Positions 1-8,399 of a stretch of 38,356 nt of DNA are shown here, one piece after another. Each line of letters opens with the position of its first letter. Position 1 is the stretch's first letter. This DNA is from Actinomycetota bacterium (GTDB taxonomy: Bacteria > Actinomycetota > CADDZG01 > JAHWKV01 > JAOPZY01): NCBI GenBank assembly GCA_025963875.1, contig JAOPZY010000213.1, forward strand, positions 1 through 38,356, in the 5' to 3' direction. A program made the position numbers and the translations under genes. Under the pieces are notes generated by a model, which was not told the origin of the DNA, did not search any database, and saw only the letters and a program-made list of their open reading frames with translations.

Positions 1-710
1 ACCTGCCGCTGCGCCAGTTCCTGTGGGTGCTCTGCGTGGCGGCCACGACCGTCGCGATCCCGCTGCAGTTCCACCGCTTCGCAGTTGCGCTCGCCTGGGC
101 CGGCGAGGGCGTCGCAGTCACGTGGGCCGGCATGCGGGGGCGGTCGGTCGCCGTGCGGACACTGGGCGCCGCGATCCTGGGCGGGGGCGCCGTCGTGCCG
201 CTGCGCCTGCTCTTCGACCGGTACCGCCCACCCCACCTGCTCCTGTCGACGGGGTCGGCCACCGTCCTGGCCGTGGTGGGGGCGCTCGCGGTGGAGGCCT
301 TCCTCTTCTCCCGCGACGCCGACCCGGACTCGCCGCGCCTCTGGTTCCCGTGGTACGCGGTCGCGGCCAACGGCCTCGCCGTCGCATGGATGACCGCCGA
401 AGCCATCGCCCACTATCACGCCGTCCAAGGCGGGATCGGATGGCAGCCGCTGCAGTTCAGCCTGTCGACCATCTGGGGTCTCTACGCCGGCATGCTGCTG
501 GCGGTGGGCGTCGCGACGCGCCAGCGCTGGGCGCGCCTGGCGGCGCTCGGGCTGTTCACGGCGACCGTCGCCAAGATGCTCGTGGTGGACCTGTGGACGC
601 TCAGCACCGGTGAGCGGGTCCTGGCATTCATCGGCGTCGGCTGCCTGCTGCTCGCGTGCTCCCTCATATACCACCGCTTCAAGGACATGATCCTTGGGGC
701 GGTGGCCTAG
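1..710 (+). CDS. Multi-pass membrane protein, DUF2339-like, 5' truncated by window edge
   Basis: Frame is open from base 3. Many hydrophobic helices; C-terminal 'LSTIWGLYA...KMLVVDLWTLSTGERVLAFIGVG..LL..S..YHRF' resembles DUF2339 ends. Confidence 0.7.
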   Translation, partial: LPLRQFLWVLCVAATTVAIPLQFHRFAVALAWAGEGVAVTWAGMRGRSVAVRTLGAAILGGGAVVPLRLLFDRYRPPHLLLSTGSATVLAVVGALAVEAFLFSRDADPDSPRLWFPWYAVAANGLAVAWMTAEAIAHYHAVQGGIGWQPLQFSLSTIWGLYAGMLLAVGVATRQRWARLAALGLFTATVAKMLVVDLWTLSTGERVLAFIGVGCLLLACSLIYHRFKDMILGAVA

Positions 711-736
711 GTCTCGGTGCCGGACTAGGTGCCGTA

Positions 737-1021
737 CTAGGTGCCCAACGTCCCGTAGGCGAAGAGCACGCCGCCCACGACGAGGATGATGGCGGCACCG
801 AGCAGCACCCGCGGGCTCCACTGCGCGGTGCTGTACTGGACGCGGCCCATCTTGTGCTTGCTGTTGAGGAACTCCTGGGCGGTCGGGGGCCGGCCGCCCC
901 AACGGCGGCGCTCCCGGGCGCCGAGCAGGTAGGCGCCGAGCACGATGAGCGCCCCGGCCACGATGGCCGCGCCGAGCGGTCCGACGGGACGGAAGGCGGC
1001 GGAGGCGAGCACGGGGCCCAT
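737..1021 (-). CDS. Small two-TM hypothetical membrane protein (94 aa)
   Basis: Two hydrophobic segments; TAGGAT -10 hexamer 6 nt before the ATG suggests a leaderless mRNA. Confidence 0.6.
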   Translation of the reverse strand: MGPVLASAAFRPVGPLGAAIVAGALIVLGAYLLGARERRRWGGRPPTAQEFLNSKHKMGRVQYSTAQWSPRVLLGAAIILVVGGVLFAYGTLGT

Positions 1022-1050
1022 CGGCCCATCCTACGTCCATGGCGGACGGT

Positions 1051-1647
1051 TCAGTGCCTGAGCTTGAAGGCCGGATTCTTCCCCACGCCCACCAGGTCCG
1101 CGGAGAGTTCGTAGGTCCCCGCCCCGTCCAGGGGCACGAACGCCTGAAGCTTTAGCAGGTGGGCGGGATCCAGGCTCAGGACGGCCGGCTGGCTCAGCGT
1201 CAGCTGCCGGTAGGGCTTGCCTTCGTGCGTGACGGTGACGACGACGAGCGGGCCGTCCACGAAAAGGGCGGTCTGCCCCGTGCCGTTCGAGAGATCGGCG
1301 TAGATGGTGGCCGAGGTGTCGCCAGGGGCCGGCGGCATGCCGTAGACGTCCAGCGTCAGGATGCCCGGGGCTCCCTTGTGGTACTGCCGGCTGGAGACGG
1401 CAACCCCCTGCCCGCCGGGAACGTACGTGAACGACGAGTGGTTGGCACTGACGTCGGCGGCCGCCCGGAGGGCCAGGGAGGAGCCGGTGGCGCCGGTGTG
1501 GCGGGAGACCGCGGAGATGGCGACGATTGCGGCCACCAAGCTCACCGAGGCGATCAGGCCGAGGATCCGGAGCGACGGCGTGCGCCTCCGCCGCCCGCCC
1601 CCGGGCGGCGCGGCGTTCCCCACACCCCCTGCGGACCGCATCTTCAC
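1051..1647 (-). CDS. Hypothetical secreted or membrane-anchored protein
   Basis: Basic N-terminus, one TM helix (LRILGLIASVSLVAAIVAISAV), then a beta-rich domain. Start codon uncertain. Confidence 0.6.
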   Translation of the reverse strand: MKMRSAGGVGNAAPPGGGRRRRTPSLRILGLIASVSLVAAIVAISAVSRHTGATGSSLALRAAADVSANHSSFTYVPGGQGVAVSSRQYHKGAPGILTLDVYGMPPAPGDTSATIYADLSNGTGQTALFVDGPLVVVTVTHEGKPYRQLTLSQPAVLSLDPAHLLKLQAFVPLDGAGTYELSADLVGVGKNPAFKLRH

Positions 1648-1848
1648 CCCTATCCGAGCCTATGTCCGAGCTGCAATCCGCCCTGATACGTCGCTCTGCT
1701 CGATCCGTGCCTGACAGATGAACGCTAGAGGCTGAGACGTCCGGATGGAATAACCCGAGTGGTCTGTTTTTATAGTCTGATTTACTTAGTCCCTGGACAA
1801 AGTGCCCTTGGCCAAGGGGTAGGCTGACCCCGTTGGGTGCACCATCCC

Positions 1849-1875
1849 GTAACAAGACCGGAACTTGTCCGTAAC
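1849..1875 (+). promoter_or_regulatory. GlnR-box-like operator upstream of glnA
   Basis: GTAAC-n6-GGAAC-n6-GTAAC matches the actinobacterial GlnR gTnAc-n6-GaAAc pattern with 11-bp periodicity. Confidence 0.7.
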
Positions 1876-1961
1876 AACCGCCCGCTAGCCTCGGGTGCAC
1901 CGGTCCCAAAAGGACGTCAGGTTGCACGCCGTCATCGGGCGGCGAGCGAGGGAGGACAGCA

Positions 1962-3296
1962 ATGGCGTCGGAGGCAGAGGCAAGGATCTCCTTCGTCCTA
2001 CGCACCGTCGAAGAGCGCGGCATCCACTTCATCCGCCTGTGGTTCGTGGACGTCCTCGGCATGCTCAAGTCGCTGGCGTTTCCTGCGGCCGAGTTGCCCC
2101 AGGCCTTCCTCGAGGGGGTGGGCTTCGACGGGTCGGCCATAGACGGCTTCGCGCGGGTCCAGGAGTCCGACATGCTCCTGAAGCCCGATCCTGAAACGTT
2201 CCAGATCCTCCCGTGGCGGCCGGAGACGCTCGAGGCCCGGGTCTTCTGCGACGTCTTGACGCCGGAGGGTTCGGCCTTCCCGGGCGATCCCCGGCAGGTA
2301 CTGAAGCGCCAGCTCGGCCGGGCCAGCGAGCTGGGCTACTCCTTCTATGCCGGACCTGAGATCGAATTCTTCCTCTTCGCCTCCTCGAAGCGGCCCGAAC
2401 CACTCGACGCCGGTACGTATTTCGACCTGACGCCGCTCGACAGCGGCAGCGAGTTCCGGCGGCGCGTCATCGCGTACCTGGAGGCCGTCGGCGTCCCCGT
2501 GAAGGAATCCCACCACGAGGTGGCCGGCTCGCAGCACGAGATCGACCTCCAGTACGCCGACGGCCTGGCGACCGCGGACGCCATCACCACGTTCCGGCTT
2601 GCCGTCAAGGAGGTGGCCCAGGAATCGGGCTACTACGCCACGTTCATGCCGAAGCCGCTCGAGTCGACCTGGGGCAGCGGGATGCACACCCACTTCTCGA
2701 TGTTCCAGGGCAGCCGCAATGCCTTCTACGACGCCACCAGCGATGCCCACCTCTCCAAGGTCGGGCAGGCCTTCGTCGCCGGGCTGCTGCGTCACGCGCG
2801 GGAGATGACCGCCATCACCAACCCCCTGGTGAACTCCTACAAGCGGCTGGTCCCCGGCTTCGAGGCACCCGTGTCGGTGTGCTGGGGGCTTCGGAACCGC
2901 TCGGCGCTCGTCCGGGTCCCGGGCACCAAGCCGTGGAAGGAGGATGCGGCCCGCGTCGAGTACCGGGCGCTCGACCCCTCCACGAATCCCTACCTCGCCT
3001 TCTCGGTCATCCTCGCGGCGGGGCTCGAGGGGATTGCCGAGGGCTACGAGCTGGGCCCGGAAGCTCCCGACAACATCAACGAGATGCCCAGAGCGGAGCG
3101 CAAGAGGCTGGGCATCGACTCCCTGCCAGGCGACCTTAACGAGGCCCTGGACCAGATGGAGGGCAGCGCCCTCGTCCGCAAGGCCCTGGGCGACCACGTC
3201 TTCGACTGGTACCTGGCCAACAAGCGGGCAGAGTGGGAGGGCTACCGGTCCGCGGTGAGCGAATGGGAGCTCGAACGATACCTTCCTCGGTACTGA
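1962..3296 (+). CDS. glnA: Glutamine synthetase type I (GSI-alpha / GlnA2-like)
   Basis: FDGSAIDGF, HHEVA..QHEI, ATFMPKP, GSGMHTHFS, NSYKRLVPGFEAP, NRSALVRVP, RVEYR motifs; GGAGG RBS. Confidence 0.95.
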   Translation: MASEAEARISFVLRTVEERGIHFIRLWFVDVLGMLKSLAFPAAELPQAFLEGVGFDGSAIDGFARVQESDMLLKPDPETFQILPWRPETLEARVFCDVLTPEGSAFPGDPRQVLKRQLGRASELGYSFYAGPEIEFFLFASSKRPEPLDAGTYFDLTPLDSGSEFRRRVIAYLEAVGVPVKESHHEVAGSQHEIDLQYADGLATADAITTFRLAVKEVAQESGYYATFMPKPLESTWGSGMHTHFSMFQGSRNAFYDATSDAHLSKVGQAFVAGLLRHAREMTAITNPLVNSYKRLVPGFEAPVSVCWGLRNRSALVRVPGTKPWKEDAARVEYRALDPSTNPYLAFSVILAAGLEGIAEGYELGPEAPDNINEMPRAERKRLGIDSLPGDLNEALDQMEGSALVRKALGDHVFDWYLANKRAEWEGYRSAVSEWELERYLPRY

Positions 3297-3997
3297 CGGG
3301 CGTCGACGCCGAGCCGGCAGCCGTCCGCCGCAACGCGCGCCTGCTCCTGGCCGGCAGCGACCGATCGCGCCTGGCCGGCATCGCCGCCGACCTGCAGGCC
3401 GTTGGCTACGAGTGCCTCACCGAGATCATTCACGAGGACCTTGAGATCGGCGCGGGTTGGGTGGCGGTGGTCGTCGACCTCCGAGCCTGGACCACCGAGG
3501 GGATCGCCTGGTGCCAGCGAGGCCGCAAGGAGGGCTGGCTGGGGCCGACGCCGGTGGTGCCGGTCGTCGAAACCGCCCATCTCCCCGACCTTGGGCTCGC
3601 CGACGGGATCTTCGACGACTTCATCGAGGACCCCTACTCGCTGAGCGGGCTGGCGGCCCGGCTCCGACTGGTCCGGTGGCGGTTCCAGCGGGAGGCCCCC
3701 GATGCCCTGAGCGTGCGGGACCTGGTCGTGGAGCCCGAGAGCTACCGGGCTACCCTGCGGGGGACCCCGATCGAGTTGACCTACATGGAGTTCGAGCTGC
3801 TGAAGTTCCTCATGTCGCACCCGGGGCGGGTGTTCACCCGGGAGACCCTCCTCTCCAGGGTCTGGGGCTACGAGTACTACGGCGGCGTGCGGACGGTGGA
3901 CGTCCATATCCGGCGGCTCCGGGCCAAACTGGGCGAGGACCACGCCCGCTTCATCGAGACCGTGCGGGGCGTGGGGTACCGCTTCAGCCACGGGTAG
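3293..3997 (+). CDS. glnR: OmpR-family response regulator, GlnR-like
   Basis: Winged-helix 'LTYMEFELLKFL..HPGRVFTRETLLSRVWGYEYYGGVRTVDVHIRRLRAKLG' typical of GlnR; atypical receiver domain. Start uncertain (CTG 3293 overlapping the glnA stop, or ATG 3263). Confidence 0.8.
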   Translation: MTGVDAEPAAVRRNARLLLAGSDRSRLAGIAADLQAVGYECLTEIIHEDLEIGAGWVAVVVDLRAWTTEGIAWCQRGRKEGWLGPTPVVPVVETAHLPDLGLADGIFDDFIEDPYSLSGLAARLRLVRWRFQREAPDALSVRDLVVEPESYRATLRGTPIELTYMEFELLKFLMSHPGRVFTRETLLSRVWGYEYYGGVRTVDVHIRRLRAKLGEDHARFIETVRGVGYRFSHG

Positions 3998-4020
3998 GAG
4001 CGGTGCCGGGCCCCTGGCCC

Positions 4021-4068
4021 GAAGTTGGGAGCGGATCGCGCGTATGTGGGCGATAGGCTCCCAACCTC
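4021..4068. repeat. 48-bp palindromic repeat, copy 1
   Basis: GAAGTTGGGAGCGGATCGCGCGTATGTGGGCGATAGGCTCCCAACCTC aligns without gaps to the other copies. Confidence 0.75.
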
Positions 4069-4182
4069 CTCCTCGGCCTCGGGGTGGCGCGGGGGCCCGG
4101 CCACAAATCCGTGGGTGGCACAGATTTCGTTCCTGACCTCGGCCCGCCGGGGTGGAGATCCCGGCTATCATCTTCTGTATCC

Positions 4183-4257
4183 GCCCCAGTGGAGCAGTCT
4201 GGAGTGCTCGGGTCCCTGTCAAGGACCAGGTCGCCGGTTCAAGTCCGGTCTGGGGCG
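4183..4257 (+). tRNA. tRNA-Asp (GTC)
   Basis: Cloverleaf: acceptor GCCCCAG/CTGGGGC, anticodon arm GGTCC-CTGTCAA-GGACC, T-loop TTCAAGT. No encoded CCA. Confidence 0.95.
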
Positions 4258-4329
4258 CGGGCGCGCGCGTTATGCTCTGGCCTCTTGTGGCGCCTTGCAC
4301 TGCCGGTTGGCAGCAGCAGGCCCCCGCAG

Positions 4330-4402
4330 GGCCAGGTAGCTCAGGTGGTAGAGCACTCGGCTGAAAACCGGGGTGTCGCTGGTTCGATTCCAGCCCTGGC
4401 CA
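4330..4402 (+). tRNA. tRNA-Phe (GAA)
   Basis: Acceptor GGCCAGG/CCTGGCC, anticodon loop CTGAAAA, T-loop TTCGATT. No encoded CCA. Confidence 0.95.
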
Positions 4403-4417
4403 CAGTTCGCATTCGAC

Positions 4418-4753
4418 TCAGGGGCTCTTCGCCGTCACGTGGAGCACGGCGCTCGTCGGCTGGATCGTGACCACAAGGTGCGGTCCCTCCTGCCGGACAG
4501 CGCCGGTGCCGTCCACGATCAGGCTGTAGTCCCCCGGCGATGGTGGCGGCCACAGCAGCGCCAGCGCATCGTTGGCCCGGATGTTGGCGGCAGTCCGCCG
4601 GCCGGCGCCGACCAGGAGGCAACCCTCCGACCATTCCACGGTCACCGACGCGGCATGGGGGGTGGCGTCGGGGCCCACCGTGAGCAGGTACGAGGCGGAT
4701 CCGAAGCGCGCCATCGTGCTGGCGAGTTCGGGAAGTGGCACGGGGATGGACAT
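4418..4753 (-). CDS. Pyridoxamine 5'-phosphate oxidase-like (split-barrel) protein
   Basis: 'YLLTV....PH...V...W....L.V.AGRRTAANI.AN..L.LLWPP....YSLIVDG' pattern. Confidence 0.7.
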   Translation of the reverse strand: MSIPVPLPELASTMARFGSASYLLTVGPDATPHAASVTVEWSEGCLLVGAGRRTAANIRANDALALLWPPPSPGDYSLIVDGTGAVRQEGPHLVVTIQPTSAVLHVTAKSP

Positions 4754-4816
4754 TGCAGGTGCCTATGGTACTTTCCGCCGCATGGAGGTCCTCCCCGGCG
4801 CAGCGAACCCGGGCCG

Positions 4817-5677
4817 TCAGTTCGCTCGCTCGACCGAGCGAATCTGCTCCCACCAGGCAGCTAGCTCCGAGTAGCGCCGCCGGCTCTCGTCGACGTCGCC
4901 CAGCTCCATCGCCTCCAGGCACGCCCAGATCTCTCCCGCGGAGCGGTCGGCCTCCAACTCCTCGGTGGGGAGAAGGCCGGTGAGTCCCCAGTAGTCCAGC
5001 TCGAGGGTCGAGTCGACGTCGAAACCGTTCATCCACGTTGCGAGCTCGGTCACCGGTGCGACGATGCTCTCGTCCATCCCCCCCTGCTCCAGGATGTCCC
5101 CCGCACGCTGGAGACGGGTGACGGCCAGGGCCAGCTCGGTCTCGTACCGCACCCGAACCGCGCCGCGCTGGCCGGCACGGCCCGCAGGGCCAATTCTGGG
5201 AAGGCCCCGCTCGGCGGTGAGGATCCGCTCGGCGTCGTCGAAGGCTGCGAGCCAGCGGAAGGGGACGTGCCAGGCGGCGGTGGCCACGTTGTCCCGGAGG
5301 TCGGGGTTCTGTCTGCGAAGTCGCTCGAGCTCGGAGGAGGCCCGCTCCGCCTCGTCGTCGGGGACGATCACGTCCGTCATGCCCGGCACCGCCATGCGGA
5401 AGGCCAGGATGCCTGTCAGCACGCTGACCTGGATGCTCCAGGGGCACACGAACCAGCTCCCGTTCACCCGCCGGACATAGGCGTGCTCGCCCGCGACCGG
5501 GTACATGAGGCCCACGGCGCCGTTCTCCGAACCGGGGGTCTGGAAAGAGGTCTGCCGGTACGGCCAGGCCGTCGGCAGGGCCACGTCGGACTCGATGTAG
5601 GCGGTCCATCGCGCGCGCTCCTCCTCGGGAAAGGACTCGAGGGGTTCGTAGACCCGGAGCTGGCTGGAAGGCACCAT
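4817..5677 (-). CDS. Conserved actinobacterial hypothetical protein divergent from the amino-acid dehydrogenase
   Basis: Starts MVPSSQLRVYEPL; contains WHVP.RW and LELDY.GL; ends ERAN. A similar gene sits beside vdh in Streptomyces (recalled). Confidence 0.75.
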   Translation of the reverse strand: MVPSSQLRVYEPLESFPEEERARWTAYIESDVALPTAWPYRQTSFQTPGSENGAVGLMYPVAGEHAYVRRVNGSWFVCPWSIQVSVLTGILAFRMAVPGMTDVIVPDDEAERASSELERLRRQNPDLRDNVATAAWHVPFRWLAAFDDAERILTAERGLPRIGPAGRAGQRGAVRVRYETELALAVTRLQRAGDILEQGGMDESIVAPVTELATWMNGFDVDSTLELDYWGLTGLLPTEELEADRSAGEIWACLEAMELGDVDESRRRYSELAAWWEQIRSVERAN

Positions 5678-5774
5678 GTCCCCCCATTGTTCCCGACAGA
5701 GCAGGAAAGCGCGCAGGACGGGCTCCGAGGCGCCTCCCGCGGCCGGTGCGACGGGTGCAACTACAATCACCTGC

Positions 5775-6857
5775 ATGGATGTCTTCGGGCGTGTGGCGGG
5801 TGAGGACTACGAGCAGGTTGTCTTCAACTACGACCGGTCGTCGGGCCTGCGGGCCATCATCGTCATCCACTCCACCGCTCTCGGCCCCGCGCTCGGAGGG
5901 ACACGCTACTGGCAGTTCGATTCCGAGGAGGCGGCGCTCACCGACGCCCTGCGCCTCGCCAAGGGGATGACCTACAAGAACGCCGCGGCGGGCCTCGATC
6001 TCGGGGGCGGCAAGGCGGTGATCCTGGCCGAGGGCACCGGTGGTAAGTCCGAGGAGCTCCTCCGGGCGTACGGTCGCTTCATCGACACCCTCGGCGGCCG
6101 CTACATCACGGCCGAGGACGTCGGGACCACCGGGGACGACATGGACATGATCCACAGGGAGACCCGCTGGGTGACCGGCATCTCACCGGCCTACGGAGGC
6201 TCGGGTGATCCTTCCCCCGCCACTGCCTACGGCGTGATGCACGGGCTGCGGGCGGTCGCGATCGAGCTGTGGGGTGACCCCTCCCTCGACGGGCGGCGCT
6301 TCGCCGTGCAGGGCGTCGGCAAGGTGGGCCATGCCCTCGTCGGCCACCTCGTTGATGCCGGGGCGGACGTGGTCGTCGCCGACGTCAATCCCGAGCACGT
6401 CGAGCGGACGGTCGCCGACTTCGGCGTGACCTCCGTCGACCCTTTGAAGATCCACGCCGAGCCCTGCGACGTCTTCGTGCCTTGTGCCCTCGGGGGGGTC
6501 ATCAACGACCAGACGATCCCCGAGCTGCGCTGCACCGCCGTCGCGGGGGCGGCGAACAACCAATTGCTCCGCCCCGGCCACGCCGACGCGCTGGCAGAGG
6601 CCGGGATCCTCTACACGCCCGACTTCATCATCAACGCCGGCGGGGTCATCAACGTCGCCGACGAGCTGAACGGCTACGACGAGCGCAGGGCACGCCTGCG
6701 GATCGAGAGCATTTTCCGCAACGTCGCCAAGGTGCTGGAGACGTCCCGCAAGGAGGGCGTCACCCCCTCCGTGGCCGCAAACCGCGTCGCCGAGGCCCGC
6801 ATCCGGGCGGTCGGCCGGATCCGCCAGATCCGGGGGCCGCAGGGCGCCACGTTCTGA
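5775..6857 (+). CDS. ldh: Leu/Phe/Val dehydrogenase
   Basis: GPALGGTR, LAKGMTYKNA, GGGKAV, YITAEDVGT, QGVGKVG, GAANNQL, INAGGVI; TACAAT 7 nt before the ATG. Confidence 0.93.
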   Translation: MDVFGRVAGEDYEQVVFNYDRSSGLRAIIVIHSTALGPALGGTRYWQFDSEEAALTDALRLAKGMTYKNAAAGLDLGGGKAVILAEGTGGKSEELLRAYGRFIDTLGGRYITAEDVGTTGDDMDMIHRETRWVTGISPAYGGSGDPSPATAYGVMHGLRAVAIELWGDPSLDGRRFAVQGVGKVGHALVGHLVDAGADVVVADVNPEHVERTVADFGVTSVDPLKIHAEPCDVFVPCALGGVINDQTIPELRCTAVAGAANNQLLRPGHADALAEAGILYTPDFIINAGGVINVADELNGYDERRARLRIESIFRNVAKVLETSRKEGVTPSVAANRVAEARIRAVGRIRQIRGPQGATF

Positions 6858-6867
6858 GAGCCCTTAA

Positions 6868-7226
6868 GGGGCTCGTCGCTGTTCTGGGCGGGTGGCAGCG
6901 TCGAGCGGGCGATGGGGGCGGTCATCACTCACGGTGATTGGCAGGGAGGCGAGGCCGCCCACTACTGGCTGCTTGGCTGGCGAGGCAGATCTTCTTTGTG
7001 TGAATAACAATGATAATGATGGTTAATTACACAAAGAAGATTGCTATGAGGCTACATACGGTCGCGTCAGAGGATCAATCGCCTTGGACGCCTGGCTTGG
7101 CGTCTAGTTTGACCACGATGAGTGAGCAGGGGATGCATACCTTGCTAGCGGAACGGTCCGGGCCGGGTCTGAGCCAGCGGGGCCCGCCCGGAGATCCGTC
7201 ACCCACACGAAATGCCGAAGAGCCCC
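6868..7226. mobile_element. Putative MITE-like non-autonomous element (359 bp)
   Basis: TTAA at both flanks (6864-6867, 7227-7230); terminal inverted repeats GGGGCTCGTCG / GGGGCTCTTCG (10 of 11 match); no convincing ORF. Confidence 0.45.
6985..7044. repeat. AT-rich long inverted repeat
   Basis: ATCTTCTTTGTGT (6989-7001) and ACACAAAGAAGAT (7029-7041) are perfect 13-bp arms, extendable with mismatches. Confidence 0.85.
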
Positions 7227-7286
7227 TTAAGGCTTGTGGCCAGCATAAAATGAGCGCTGGAGGGTGCTGATACCTGTTGCACTCTG

Positions 7287-8399
7287 TTGACGGGGCGGAT
7301 TATCATCCTGGCCAAGCTCCCCAAACGTGCGAGGCTCACCTTGGCCCCGAGACCGACTGAGCAGGCAGGGATTCCCCCGGGCCCGACCCCGGGGATCCCG
7401 GCCGATGGGGGGAGCGGCACCCCCCCGGTGAAGGACCCCGCTCAACGCCGTTTCGACCGCCTCATCGTCGGGCTCACGCTGCTGCTCGTCGCAGCTCTCA
7501 TTGCAGGGCTGGTGGCCTACACCCATGCCCACGACCAGTCGGCGGCCAAGGCCCGAGCGAGGAGGGAGGCCACCCAGCGGGTGGCGGACGTGAAGCGGGC
7601 GTACCTGGACTACTACGCGGCGTTGGGGCAGACCGACGCCCAACTGAGCATCGCGCCGGTCCAACAGTTCGTCACCACAGCGTGGCTCAAGGACGAACAG
7701 CAGACGCTTCAGGAAGTCACTGCAACGGGCTACCGGTACCGGCTGACCGCAGATCATGATCCGAGGGTCGTCGTGTACTCGGGAGATGCGCTGGCATCGG
7801 TGGATGACAATCTTGTTCGCCACATGACGCCGTTGGACTCGACCACGGGGGCGCCAGCGGGCCCGGAGCAGACGCTTCCGATCCACGCCAGCTACGCGTT
7901 GAAGCTCGACGGCGGACGCTGGCTCGTGGATTCCGAAGTGACGTTCGGATCGGACGGTTCCGATCCGAAGTTCGGTCTCTCCTACGCCGCTGTGCAACGC
8001 CAAAAACCCCTGGCTCAAGGACTCAGCGACCAGATCCAGCGAGACTACCTGGCCTACTGGGAGGCGCGGAAGGAGGCTTACCAGAACCTGGACCCGGCCC
8101 CGATGCGCCGGGCCATCCTCGAGCCCCAACTGAGTACCGCGCTGTCGCTATTGAGCCAACAGCAGCAGGCTAAGGAGGGCTATGCGGTGCATGTCGAGCA
8201 CAACATCCGAATGGCCACCAAGAGCGGCGACAGCGCCTATGTCTACGACACCTTCCTGGATTCTGGCTACTACTTCGATTTTGCTACCAAGTACCCGAAG
8301 CCGTCTGAGCCTCCCCATATCTTGCGCCAGAGCTACGAGATGAAGAAGACCGGCGACACATGGAAAGTCGACTCCGCGGCAGGTCACACAAGCCAATGA
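7287..8399 (+). CDS. Membrane-anchored protein with two tandem NTF2-like (DUF6318/IMS-like) domains
   Basis: Single TM helix, then two similar units of about 115 aa (YL.Y....A ... SY.L/MK..G..W.VDS). Start uncertain (TTG 7287 or GTG 7428). Confidence 0.7.
   Translation: MTGRIIILAKLPKRARLTLAPRPTEQAGIPPGPTPGIPADGGSGTPPVKDPAQRRFDRLIVGLTLLLVAALIAGLVAYTHAHDQSAAKARARREATQRVADVKRAYLDYYAALGQTDAQLSIAPVQQFVTTAWLKDEQQTLQEVTATGYRYRLTADHDPRVVVYSGDALASVDDNLVRHMTPLDSTTGAPAGPEQTLPIHASYALKLDGGRWLVDSEVTFGSDGSDPKFGLSYAAVQRQKPLAQGLSDQIQRDYLAYWEARKEAYQNLDPAPMRRAILEPQLSTALSLLSQQQQAKEGYAVHVEHNIRMATKSGDSAYVYDTFLDSGYYFDFATKYPKPSEPPHILRQSYEMKKTGDTWKVDSAAGHTSQ

Noticed and set aside
716..745. 12-bp tandem repeat GGTGCCG(G/T)ACTA between convergent genes
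   Set aside because: Only about 2.5 copies; most likely a slippage duplication of a gene end.
4093..4140. Possible sixth copy of the 48-bp repeat
   Set aside because: Has a central hairpin and an ACCTC end but lacks the left end and the CGCG core.
4421..4431. GGGGCTCTTCG identical to the MITE-like terminal repeat, next to tRNA-Phe
   Set aside because: Lies in the coding end of a gene, lacks a TTAA flank and is plausible by chance at this GC content.
7010..7270. 86-aa ORF across the AT-rich inverted repeat
   Set aside because: No RBS, atypical codon usage and no recognisable motif.
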